Source: Trichoplax adhaerens
Taxonomy: Eukaryota > Animalia > Placozoa
Assembly: GCF_000150275.1 (NCBI RefSeq)
Contig: NW_002060947.1
Coordinates: 852,695-916,694, forward strand
Length of the DNA stretch: 64,000 nt
Reading direction: 5' to 3'
Shown here: positions 13,963-27,479 of the stretch, one piece after another
How the letters are laid out: the number at the start of each line of letters is the position of its first letter
How positions within the stretch are numbered: position 1 is the stretch's first letter
The notes under the pieces: generated by a model
The model's database searches: none
The model's input: the letters and a program-made list of their open reading frames with translations, nothing else
Told to the model about the DNA's origin: nothing
Translations under genes and position numbers: made by a program

Positions 13963-14410
13963 TTGCAGGCTAAAATTTAGAGGTAAAAGCCAAGGCATAA
14001 ACCTTTAAACATCCTAATAAAGCGGTTAGTGACTACAGGCTGAAATTTAAAGGTATAAGCCAAGGCATAAACCTTTAAACATCCTAATAAAACGTTTCCT
14101 TACTACAATACACAAGTAATATGTAAACAGTACGAATTTCATTTCATTGCACACAATATCTTATTACAGCCTGGAGTTTAGACTTGCAAATTGAGTCGTC
14201 AACCTCGGAATATCGTAGTAGAAATACTGGTTACTAAGCAAATTGTAAGAACTGGAAGTAGTACAAATTTCATCGCATACAAGAGTCTACTACAGCTTGG
14301 AATTTAAACATGCAAGCTAAGGCATTAACCTCTAAGCATCGTAGTATGGTAAATCGCAATAACGACTGCAAGTAATCCGTGCTACTGTAATATGCATTTC
14401 GTTTCAATCT
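13963..14410. repeat. Degenerate tandem repeat: two near-identical ~60-bp copies, then diverged ~128-bp units
   Basis: CAGGCT.AAATTTA.AGGTA.AAGCCAAGGCATAAACCTTTAAACATCCTAATAAA occurs at about 13965 and 14035. Related units start TACAGCCTGGAGTTTAGAC (about 14165) and TACAGCTTGGAATTTAAAC (about 14291). Confidence 0.75.
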
Positions 14411-15838
14411 ATGTCGTATTGCATTATAAAGTTGACAACCTCAAAAGAATCCTTGTCCTCATTACTGTCCTAAATACTGGCACAATATGCAATTTTACCT
14501 GGCTAATGATTCTTAGCGATACTCCAAGTTACGGATAGATGTAAATATCCAAAACAGACTGGCGTAAAAATGCTAGGAAGAAGAATTGTAGTGATAGGGC
14601 TGGCGTTCTCAGCAATTAGCGCCTATCTGTTGTGCATATCTAGACTACATCATTTGAACTATTTGAAGGTTTGCGTTATGCTAGACCATAATCAATGCCA
14701 TAAGGTAGTCATTCTAAATGATTTATACTACCATCTGTTACCCTAGTAAAGTAGCAATTATCCTAGAAACATCCCGTTTGACCCCTTCTCCTATATGTAT
14801 ATTCAGATATTCCACAATGAAAATTGCTTATACAGGTAAAATCTAGATTGTTACTACAACATTCATACCAGGAAGCAAATGCTATACAAATCTAATAATA
14901 CTTTTACATCAGCGAATAAGGTTAACCACGACCGATTTATTATAGGCTTGTATCGCATACAAAATCAAATCAATCATGGTAAATACAATTGTTTAGCAGG
15001 TAACTGCATATTTATAAATGAGTGTAATCTTGCTTTCCTGCGCTACTAGTAATTCGAGAATGGTACAATAAGGAAGGTGTGAGTGAAATGCTAGATAGCT
15101 ATTGATATTACTCTGGTACCCGATCTACATTGGTATGTGCGATTATAACAGCTTTGCGGAGCCTGAATCTACTAATAGTACTGCTTATAATAAATTAATT
15201 AATGATTGAATCGCGAAAGATACATCTATGTACTGTATGCCCCTGCAAACTATAAATTACACTGGCATTTGAAGTTAGAAATACATCAAAGCAACACTGT
15301 CAATTTTATAGCATTACGGTACATCAATATAACACAATTTATAGAATATAATGAAAAGAAATAAAGCATTATCAATACTGATTAAATATCTATCAATCTC
15401 TCTCGATATATTTATCTATCGGTAAGAAATGTATCAAATCTTTAAAGAAATCATTAAAGTCAATAATGTTGTTTTATCGTGAAGTTCCAAATGATCTAAA
15501 ACAGCCTTTAAATTACGCAATTGCAGCTATTAGCCACAATACTATCATCTTCGATGAACTAAAGCTACTACTCCAATAAGATGATAACTTAAATATACTG
15601 TATCATCCAGATATCATAAAACTGTGGATCAATCAAGTTGAAAATTATACAACTAAATTCAAGAGAAAAGTATCGGCGGATAAGATTGTTCTTTTTGAGC
15701 AAACAAATAATCGAAATCAATAAATTTCTAGCATGACTGGATCAATATTAAGCGGCTAATTTACAGCATATTAAAGCAACTCGAATCTTATTAAGATAAT
15801 AATTTTTCATTCCATTTCCGCAGATATCCCATTTACGA

Positions 15839-17892
15839 TCAAATAATTGTACATTCTCCTAAAACAGAATAGCAAATATAACAATCATTCCGCAATCAGC
15901 TACGCTCTATAGACTTGAGATGCGAAACATGAATGCGTTTGTAAAGCTGATACCATGACGGTAGCTACTGCACTTACCCTTCGGTTTACCACCAAGATAT
16001 TTAATAGTTTTTCTATCTTTCCCTTTTTTTGCTATATTCAATGGAATTAAATTACGCTAGATCGATGAAAGAAACAAATAAAGAAAAATGAATACTCAAC
16101 CACATCTACCAGCACTGATCAGATCGTGATGTATTGCTAACCTGATTGAGGATACTCGAATCTGCTCCGTTCTCCAAGAGTATTAATATACTTTCATGGC
16201 AATTATGTTGAGTAGCTACATGTAACGGAGTATCGCCATACTACCGGGATGAGATATTTCAATGAGATTTCAGTTATAAGCTGACTGCAGTACGATATTA
16301 TATATATGATATGTAATATTTTGATAACATAATTACGGCTTGAGAGAACGAGCGAAATTTCGAATAACTGTAAATTTTATTACTTGAAATGAATAAAACT
16401 TACATTATCTTGATGATTAACAGCAGCTCCTTGTCGCAATAACCATAAAGCTATGTTATCATGTCCAAAACGGACTGCTTCATGTAAGGGTGTTTGCCCT
16501 TGCTTCATTAGATGATAGTACCCGATCCAAAATAAAATAAATAAATAAAAAGATCGCCGAAGTATACCATTATTAATCAATTTATAAAGCTAAGCATGTT
16601 ATAAACTTTTATTAGATACTAATTATAAATGAAGCTATCTTATTAGTAATAACGCTATTAGGGTCATTCGTTAGCTATTAGCAGCACCAACCATGTTTTC
16701 TGGACTAACGGAGGCACCGAACTCACGCAGTTTTTTCACACAATATAAATTTCCTTCAACAGCAGCATAATGTATCGGTCTTTCCTCTAATTTCTAGAAC
16801 AAATAGTTTGGTACGTTATATCGACCAATTTCATCCTTTACATAACTTGATTTGATTTTGAGACAATATAAATAGTTTCTTGTATGAACTCCTCATTTGC
16901 ACCCGTACAAATGTGAATAATCTTACATCAAGTATGCATGTAAGATTGAAACAGTCAACATGAAAAAAGGCGCTCGCGAATTTTAAAGTGATTACAACCA
17001 TTTTATTTAATTGAACGACTTCATTAGACAATAATTTACTATCACGAATACTACTTTAATTTTGCAGAAGCTTACATTGGCTATGTTTGGATCAGCTCCA
17101 TTCTTTAGCAATAATGTTAACGCATCACCTTCTCCTTTCCAGGCGGCAATATGTAAGGCAGTAGAATTTTCTTTCTGTAGAATAGCATTTAACGTTTATA
17201 CACAGGTGTATTCGTACTATTAGTAATACGATATATGATCCGATATTGTATAATCTAAGATAATAGTAATCTACTTGTTACTATTTATTACCACCCGGAT
17301 GATTCTTAGTCTAGGTATTAAAAGTCATAATTATTCATGCACGCATGAAATCTTCTCACATTAACTAACTATTAAAGCTTATTACTTTAGCTCCCATCTT
17401 TAGCGATAGCATAATTCAACAGATTTCATGTAACTATCAGAAGATAACTATTAAGCAGTGATACTCTTTTCGGCTTTTTCAGTGAAAAAAGTAAAAATGC
17501 TTTCATTTTTAAACCGATATTTGGCAAAAAATATCGGTATTTGAAAAACAGAATTTTATCGCACGATTAAGAGATCATTGTTGTAATATACGATTGGTGA
17601 ATTAAAATCTATAAACATTTATAAATCATGTCTATAAAATAATCTGTAAAATCAAATCTAATATTTGCTAGATGAAGATGTAATAATATCAAAGCGGCTT
17701 AGCAGAGCTACTCCGACTTTATCATAAACTATAACGGATAATGATACCACCTTTCACTTTATTCCTTACCACGAAAATGCCATCGACCTGGTCTATCATT
17801 TCTTGGCGTATATCAATTATATTCCGATATCTTTCTAAGAGCTGCACATTTTTTCTTTTTGCCGCCTCATATATAGTTGCTGTTGTTATAAT
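15839..17892 (-). CDS. Ankyrin-repeat protein with C-terminal CaaX (CTII); start exon not located
   Basis: Exons: 17892-17770, 17174-17076 (STALHIAAWKGEGDALTLLLKNGADPNIAN), 16793-16692 (RPIHYAAVEGN), 16502-16404 (GQTPLHEAVRFGH), 16240-16142 (GDTPLHVATQHN), 16056-15978 and 15858-15839 (GECTII*). All boundaries are GT-AG and in frame. Confidence 0.85.
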
Positions 17893-20800
17893 CTAAAAGA
17901 TAGCGTTCAATATAAAAGCTATAAAAACTAGTGTTACAACTTCCAAATTTTGTAACAAGTACTAGATCTGCACTCAGCAAGGAGACCCAGTAATTAAGTT
18001 GAAGAACTAACTTTACTGTTAAAATGAAGAGTTTATATACTTTCTTTATTGTGACCTTTGATCTACTGACGTAGATCACAAGATCATCACTAACAGAAAG
18101 GTTTCTCTAGTTTAGTCATTACGAATAGGCTATAATGCCAAGTATGGCAACATGAGAATACATATATAGATAACCTTAATATAGTACCATAACTACATCT
18201 ATATACGCCTGACGTGATAATATCGTGATATTTAACCATGAATCTATAGTATTCGTGGATATCATAACGATCATTTCAGACATTACTAACAATCGGTAGT
18301 ACTGCTATAGTTAATTTAAACGAAATCATTTACAGAATTGAAGAGGATTCGTACAATGTACAAAGTAACGGTGTTGTAAAATGTGACATATTTTAGATCT
18401 ATTATAATTAATAATTGTCAAACCCCGTAGAAGGTGGATAAAAATGCATTTAGTGGGTAAATGCACTAGTTATAATAACATTAAGCTTTCCAACAACATC
18501 TGTAAGTCTAGATGTCAGTTGTATTATTATGATTTATTACTTTATATCATTTTACATTTTAGACGGTAGAATCATAACTTCTGTGTCTAGGTTCAGTGCT
18601 TTATTTTTCTGTTCAGTAAAATCTTACTGATCGTAAATAATTCAAGCAAGATTCTAAGCCAAAAATTCTTTACCGATTAGATGGAAAAGGTAAATAAAAT
18701 GTTAAAGATTCCTGTATCGTGCCATGAAGTAATTAAGATTTACAACCATTCTGGCATAGCTATTTTGCATTTCAAGGAATATAGCCATAATTCAAATTCA
18801 TGACTGCTGCGTATTGTTTTACTAACGAATATTACAGTATACCAGTACAGTAGTATTTCTATCAATTAAAGCTTTAAGCAACACGAAGGATAGTTAGAAT
18901 AGCATAACTATCCGATATCTGCGATATTAACCTACGATTTGGTTACGTATCTCATAAATGATTTATAAGCTATACGTTGTTTTCAGAAATCATTTATATG
19001 AATTCTTAAGCTCATGTTCTGATTCAATAATGAAGTGTTTGGTACCGGGGTAACAAGGTTAACAGAAGATGACTTCAATTCCTAACATTTAAGTTAATTC
19101 TAGAAATCTGTTACACATTACAGACCCAATATTTAACGAATAGAAAGGGAGAGAATCTAAGAAATAGTTTGAAACATTAAGATAATTACCATACTAGGTA
19201 CCGTAACGTAATCTTGAAATAGCAAGATTTAGATAAAATCTTTTATATCTACTGATACTGCATGTAAGCAGTTTGTTATATTGTACAAATGATATCTGAA
19301 TCCTTGTGTTAGTTATCATTTTAGTTTCATAAATGCTATATTATTAGATCAATAAAGCTAAACGTTGTGAAAGTACAAGGACAGTTAAATTTAAACTGAT
19401 CTAATGTGTTAGATGCCATTATAACTATATCACTTAGATCTAACTATTGACAGTCAGATTTGTCATGCTCCAATAAAGAAAGAAAGAGTTGAGAGCCGTT
19501 ATCTAAAATAAGGCTCCATGTTTCTAAACTGATGTAGAGGTACAAATGGAGAATGATCCACGAACAGCATAACACATTCGTGAGCAAAGCAAGTCGGAAT
19601 TGCTACATAAGTCTTATTACTACTTTATAACAATATTTGGCTTGAGTACATCAATATCATTACAAGAATTAGCTAAGGATATGCAGTATTCCCTTCTGCT
19701 CATATAGTCAAACTGTTTATGATTAAGTTGGCACGATAAAACTTTTTATTATCTTTGATGTTCGGAAGACATTAAGAGAGTAGCATCTTTTACCAGCTAA
19801 ATTATAATTTTCGATGGGTGTATCAAAGTTAACATAATCAATCCAGGTTATATTTTAAGAGCTTTAAAAATGCATATAGCTAACCTGACTTTTGGACATG
19901 TTTGGTGACGTTGGTGTTGAACTACCGCTACCAATTAATGGATAGTGAAATATAAGAAATCATCAGATTCTATACAATATTGACCTTAAACTAAATCCTC
20001 TTGACAAGGGCCGTAAAAAAATTATTTTCTGACTCGAACAGTACTTATTATATTATAAATCTAAATACTAGGCTATAGTTGTGATCCTATTAATCCAGTG
20101 TTATTCTTTCTATGCTGTCAATACTATAACAACCACCTTAAGTACAGTAGAGTCAAAATATTACTTTTAGACTGAGCTAGCTGATAGATTAATATCTATA
20201 AATTAATATAAACGGCAGGCTGCAAGGGCAGGTAAGTAGTTTTTCTCTCGATAGATCGAACACTACGCGTGCTAAGGAAAGAACAATCAGGCCTGAAATC
20301 TATTGTTATTATCTCGAACAGTTAAGCTAGAATTTAATAGGCTGCTTGTATAATAAACAATGAGATGGTAACAATAGTTCAGTAGAATTGTCATATGCTG
20401 ACTACCATTTTTGGATATAGAATCGATGGGAAAATGCAAAATTTTATAGCTGTTTAAGCATTCTTGCATGGCTCTATTTTAATAATCCGTGGTTGACGGA
20501 TCGAGAAATCGAAGCTTAATATTATCAACTTAAATAGATTCATGACAAGGCAAATTCATTGAAGCGGTAATTATCCAAACTTGATCTTAGATATTTAATT
20601 AATGGAGATGATAATGTACATTGGTATAAAGTTTGAGGTAAATATAATAAAATAATATTATTACGTTACTAGCATACATGAAAGCAGTTAATATACAGTA
20701 TGCGAATTTAGTTACTATAGCATGATAATGAAATAGGAACTAATTTAATTATAGATAATTGTACTGTAGTCGTATCCATCATTTAGCTGATTAGTAGTGT

Positions 20801-22120
20801 AATGTTCATGCGGCAATTTATCAAGTCTAATTGCTATAAAAATATCCATTATGTTTGCAAATGATCATTTAATAAGGATAAAGTACAAATGAGCTTGGAT
20901 CGTATCAGCCTAGGATTTGGCCTTTATCATACACCACAATTAATTCGTGCATTAGCTTAATTTAATAAATTAAATCGTTCGTTACTAGCCCTGCACGTAC
21001 TTCCCCTACATTACTATGCTGCGCTGCACTATACGGAAATAGTAAAAGTACTATATATCGATGCGCATTAGTACCTTAGCGAATACACTGCACTATAAAT
21101 AAATACTGTACAATTATTGAATATTTTCGAAACTTATTTAACTGAAGTGGCCTTTTTCTTTTTGTCATTTAACTACTTAACTGTACATTAAGATACATTG
21201 AGATTTCAATGGTAGGTCATAACAGCCAAAATTCGAGCATTTAATTGACATAGTTTCATACAAGAATTGCTAGCTAATACAGGAGTAGCTGTGTAATATA
21301 CATGCAATTAAAACAAAATCCGTTCTAGAGTCATTGTTTAGAGAATAACGAAAGATAGAGCATAATCTCTGATTAAATTATTGAATAATATTACTGACTA
21401 TACGGTACATTATCGCAGCTTTTCAAATTTAATAATTTAATTCTGCGTTTACTACATTTAAGCAATAGGATCTAGATATATTTTTGACCACATCATTTCG
21501 CTATTTAAAACCCAATAGTAAATATCTTCAATTAATTAACGACAAACTATTCAATTGTACTATGAACATACAAAAATTAACAAGGAAAATATCACAAGTG
21601 AATTGCCTATGTAATACACTAATTATATTCAAAAGTATATAGAGAAGCTATACTATACATTACGGCCTGTAATTTTTTAGACCGTTGACGATAGTAAAAT
21701 GTCGAGGTCACAAAGACATCTCAAAGAAAACCACCATACACAATTTCTATTACAAGGGTATGATGAGCTAGTAAAATAAAATTGAATCGGGCGATTTTCA
21801 GATTACTTTACATTTGCAACCGTATTGATGTATACTGTATACTTTACTGCTGGTATGTATGAACTCAGTATGCGCTATAATCAATCATTGTCTATTTTCA
21901 GAGTATTCATAACTTGCATGCAGTAACTATAATAACATGAACAGTAGTTGCACTATGACAGTATATTAAATAACGAATTGGTATTCAGTCTAATTTTAGC
22001 GTAGTTCTCCGCATTAAAATTACCATAAGCAGTACCGCACACAGTAGGGCACCGCAGATATTTAGGCAATTGTTGTAATTTCAGCTAATAAAAATTTTTC
22101 TTTTCCGGCAATATGCTAAT

Positions 22121-24933
22121 CTAGATCGGAGCGCTAATTGGTGGTTTAAGTAATGAAACCCTGTGATGCCTTAAAGCCGAATCGAATAATCACGGTTAAA
22201 AAATGTAATATTTTCACAATACAACATTATCTTGTCAACCTCTTAAATTTAGTGATGATTATACTTACCGAGGAGATTTGTATTTCTCTACAACCGCGCG
22301 TTGAGGCTGAGTATGAGCCAATCGAAACGCTTCAAATATTCTATTTAAACAAGGTGAAACTTGTTGCCATTGGTAATTGGTATAAGTTGATAATTCTTGT
22401 GGCTATTTGGTTTTATGAGATCGATTAATAATAACTTTATTAGTATCCAATACTTTGATGGTAAGACACAATACAGTACGGCATATTCATTCATACAAAC
22501 CCAATATTTCAATTTAAACGTATGCAAAGCCAAAGAAACGGCTGATACAGCAATCAATGACGGCATAAATTGTAAGAAGCCATAATCTTTGAGCGTTAAT
22601 TCCGTCAAGTACTAAATTCGCGTTTGTTGATACGTGAGTAACTTGCATTGAGATCAGCCGAGAGTAATGATTCAAATACACATATATCAGTGCTTACCAT
22701 AGATAACTCACGAATTTCGCTATCTAATCCAGCTTCACTACCGTAACGCTCCAAGAAATCGACGGCTGTAGGACTTGATAAGTTAAAGGAAAGGACCTTT
22801 AACATAAGTGATTCCATTTTTAAAACCTAAAAGGAAAGGATCATAATAGTGACTTTTTAATAACTACAGTGATAAAAGCGATCAGTAGGTACCTTATCAT
22901 ATTGTACGAATACTCTTTGAATGGAGGAAGCTAACCTGTTTTATATTATATGTATCGTCGGTGATGTACGCAAATTCTGCGCAATCTGGTGGATATATTT
23001 CTTGAAATTTACTATAATATCCAAAAGAATAGGGAAAAAAAAGAAGCAACAAGAAAAACGTTCTTTCGTCATTTATAAATCTATACTGAGATGACAAATA
23101 TTCGATTCAACAAAATATCTTAGCAACTGCTAATCTAATAAATGGCAATTTTAAGACTTGATAGCAAAACATTGCTATCTATAATCAATGGAAAGAAACA
23201 ATCGGTACGCTGCTATAAATAAGGCTGCTGTGCCAACCAATTGTAATTTACTACGTCGAACAGACATAGCCGATAAAAAGCGGTCAATGTATGATATTGC
23301 CAAATATAAAGTTCTCTCCCTTAATTTATATTCTTCGCTGACTTCAACTAACCAATCTACCAAGATTGATCTCATTGTGCCATTGACGTCACATTGCCTT
23401 TCCATGTAATCGTATTTAGGCCGATGAAAGTACTATAAAAGTTTATGTAGCAAATCAAAGTATACTGATTTAAAATAATTTGAAGCCTTCATAAAAGTAA
23501 TTATAGTTCTTAAAGTAACAGCTTCATTCATTACATTAACCTAAAAGCTATAACAACATCTGAATTTAAAAACGATTCTAAAGTAATACCTCTGCTTTTC
23601 GTAAATACGAATGGATGTCGTCTGCATAGACATCTACGTCAAGTACGGAAGTTGCCTTCCTCTTATTACTCTGTGGCTTTTCAACACTTTCAGACGAGAC
23701 ATTGCGATCTGGGCTAACAACCATCGGAGATTCTACGACAGTATATTCACCGATTAAAAACATTTGAAAGATTTCAAAAACAGTACGTAAGTATCAAGTT
23801 AAAAATTTAACGATCGCAAGATTGTAGTTTAGTTCCATACAGATTTTACTGCGGATAGCAAGACAAAACTGACTAGACCAGAAAAATACTGGAGGAATTA
23901 TAAAACACAAGCAGTTAAACTACTGTAGAACAGAGGCGTAGCTATACAACAGGCCATATCGAATAATGTATCAATTAGAAATTTTTGAAGGTTACACCTC
24001 GATGAGGACATTCACCTGCATTGGGAGCTTCCGGCGGTGGAATAGATGCCAGTGAAGGTTTCAGTTTCATCACAGCAACATCCATGCTAGTCACTGTTTT
24101 GGTAGATTCTTTTTGAGCGGCAAGATCTACGACCTTAGCCGATGATTGGTTTTGATCGACAATACAGAGTGGTTTGGGAGCTAAGGGTAAACACGGTTCT
24201 ATCTTAACTGGCTGCATTTGAGGCAAGATATTTTCTTTATTAAATGATTTCTGTTGCTGAGAGCGCAAGCCTTCTGTCGCCATTACTGGTTTGTGCTTGT
24301 GTTGAGATTGATTGATTAGAGAATAGGATATGTCGTCATCGACGAATATACGAAAAGTTTTCTGGGTTTGAGGTACGGTCGGTCCTAACTTGTTCGTATG
24401 CAACTGCAAATTTGGCACGTTTTCTTTGTTACTCATTCCTTGAGACTGCGTTGAAATACTCACTTCATTGCCAAGATTATTTACTTTACCAGAAAGAAAG
24501 GACTGAAAATAATAGAAGAAACGCATTGATTAATTATCTATAAGGGCTTAACCAATACAACTACTTCAAAGTAAGATTCGCAGCGTGATATAATTTTATA
24601 CCACTTTATTACAGAATAACGTAAGTATGCACATACCATATACTGTAGAGTACATAAAAAAGCAATAACCAATTTTTTATAGCAATTATTACTAAACGAG
24701 TGTAATCTGCTCGCGCAATATTTCATTGGTATCAACCAAGGGACAGAAAGATTGCTATATTCAACACTGTGTTATACCTGATTATTAATTTCTGGTTGTT
24801 TGTTCGACTTGAAAGCAGCTAAAGGTTGTCGATTCTTTTGCTGCTGTTGCTGCTTGATTATTGCGCATGTGGCAGAATCATCACGACGCATTCTTTTCAC
24901 TTCCTTGAATCCGTAAGAGACTTCTTGATCCAT
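22121..24933 (-). CDS. CCNA: Cyclin A, 9 coding exons
   Basis: Exons: 24933-24778, 24502-24016, 23732-23590, 23432-23209, 23011-22936, 22826-22698, 22611-22501, 22402-22269, 22169-22121. Cyclin box [48 protein letters not shown]-box-like [10 protein letters not shown] and two KEN motifs. Confidence 0.95.
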
Positions 24934-27479
24934 ACTTTCAAATAATTTCAATTGTCAAAAATAAACACGGCGGCAAAGATGAAGTACCTTGTTTGATATT
25001 AGCTGCTAGTGGCTTAATTCTTCTTGAATTAGTTATTCGCTATGTAAATACAGGATAAAAATCATGTCACTGTGATTGACCAATTTCCTGGTTTATACAG
25101 CGATCATCAAATAAAGTATCAATGGCCGCATCTACCAGACGTCTCGTTAATGTCTTTGAATTAAAATTGCATCCATGACATCATTACTCACTAGTAGATA
25201 TTTACGAGTAAACCATTGGCAGAGAAATAGTGTTATTTTGAACAGAAATAAAGGATGCTTTTATTGTGGATCACATCAGCATACATCTACCTCTACAGGA
25301 CACAACTGATCGGTTTATGATGGTGAGGATAGTATTTTAAGTCTTTCCTCAAACGCATCTGGAAGACCAAATATTGATCTTCAATTTGCCTTAAATGCAC
25401 ACTTTGGATAAAATACAGTGCGTGTAATTTCTAATACTCGACCCAGTCAATGTCAATATCTCGCCACAATCAGTACTTAACTACCCGTACATGGTTGCAA
25501 AACTACGATTGGAATTTGCTCGACTATTCAATGAAGCACAAATAACAAGTCTAGAGGATAATTCATAACTGATTTTGAACTGTACAGTATAGTACAGTGT
25601 TGATATACATGAAAGGACCGCGGCAATGTTGTTCTATCGATGCACAGGAATTCCGGATGAGTGTATAGCATTCGTATTTATTTCAATATTCACAATTTAT
25701 TTAAAATATGCGTACAGTAATAGCAAATCTTAACAAGACTGGGAGTCCTGCCTGTACGGATGCTACATTATAATTTAATATTATTATTATTTTTTTTTAA
25801 TTTACGAAACGTAATCCTGTGGTATGTAATGAATCTCAATTTTAGTGATGGACATCATGTCGAGAATATTCCGATTTGTTATTATAAAAATAGCGTAGAG
25901 TAATATGTCATCATTAATCGATCATGTTCTAGGAAAAGATACAAAATTCCTATTGCATTATCTCAGTATCTAGCTTTAAATATAGCCCCATGTTGTCGTC
26001 ATTATTAATTCATAAATAATAATCATTAATTAATTGAAGCCATGACTAACGGCCAACAACAGTTCTTGTCAGGGGTTATTTTAACATCGAGGTTTGATAT
26101 TGAATATTACATTTGTATGTTTAGTATTATTGCTTGTGTACCTGATTGATGAATTATTATTTTCACTCTACTACAATAAATCCATGAATCATTTGTACTA
26201 GCAATGATGAATTCAACACATGCTATATCGAGAGTAAGTCAATATAACATTTCTACTGTACAATAAGTGTATATGTCAATTTGTGCTAAGTTATGCCGTA
26301 GCTACGGTACAGTATTGTCTCAATCGCCATGGACAGTATCAGACACTGTAGTGGTTAATTTAGAAAGTAAAGTAATCGTTCATAAAACGTGCTCATTCTC
26401 GCTACCGACTATTACTGTTTATTACCGGATTCGATCTTTCCATTTAAAATATTTGCTATTATCAATAGAGTACTATAGTTACAGGAATAAAATGATGGGC
26501 ATTGAAATAATTAGTATGGAAAAGAGTAAATGTGTTTGCGTGAACATTTTACTACAGTGGCATTGCATTGTCATGGTCGAGGATGTGTGATAAATTAAGA
26601 AAGCGCCTTTCAAGCGTTCTCGATCATAATGGTCGAAATAGACTATTATATTATTGGCGACAACTCGATCGAATGGCAGATGTGTACAGTATTATGATAT
26701 TACTACGCCTGTTGGTTTGCAAGTGAGAAAGAAAAGTATTAAACAGTCGCATGGAGGATCACTTTTGCTGGTAAAATGATAATGTAGCGTATTGTGTAAT
26801 ACGATAGCCGTATTTGCGCCCATCACTTTCCAGCTATTCTCATACTGCAGGCGAAAAGTATAGGAATGGATATTTGTCTTTCGTTCCTCGCAAAATACTA
26901 TGTGTTGTTGTAGTGGCTTACGATACTTTGATCATTGCTTGAGCCCTTTTTCAAACTACACTGTATCGCATCGTATTCAAGATGACGGTGTTATGAGCAT
27001 GCGAGCGTTCTCTTTTTCATCGCTACTAGAGTCGATCATTCATTTGGTAGCAAGTTCAATCGTATCCTATTGCAATCAAAGAGGTGCTAACCAACACAAA
27101 GTCAATGGATTATTTTCGACCAGAACACGATGATTGTCATAGTAATCAATGCAAAAAGGACAGCATACTGAATACAGCCTAGTGGATTTACATCATGGCA
27201 ACAAGCCCAGAGGTGTGACAAATCCAGTGATGAAGACGTGTGCCACTACGTTTATTCAGTATATCATTAATGGTAGCAATATCACTAACAAGAAATTCAA
27301 CGTTCTTTACCTGTTGTACCAATACCAATCGGTAGCTACCAATTTCAAGGATGAATATGTTATCAATCGGCCGCCTTCCTCATGGCAAAAATGTTTACTA
27401 CAGTATCATGAAGAATAAAGCGCTTGTTATTCAAGCGATGATCAAAGCTTGCAGTAATGCGATCAAATCCTCGAGAATC

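Noticed and set aside
13963-14410. CRISPR-like or coding repeat
   Set aside because: Eukaryotic context, no unique spacers or cas genes, diverged units, and stops in the frames I checked.
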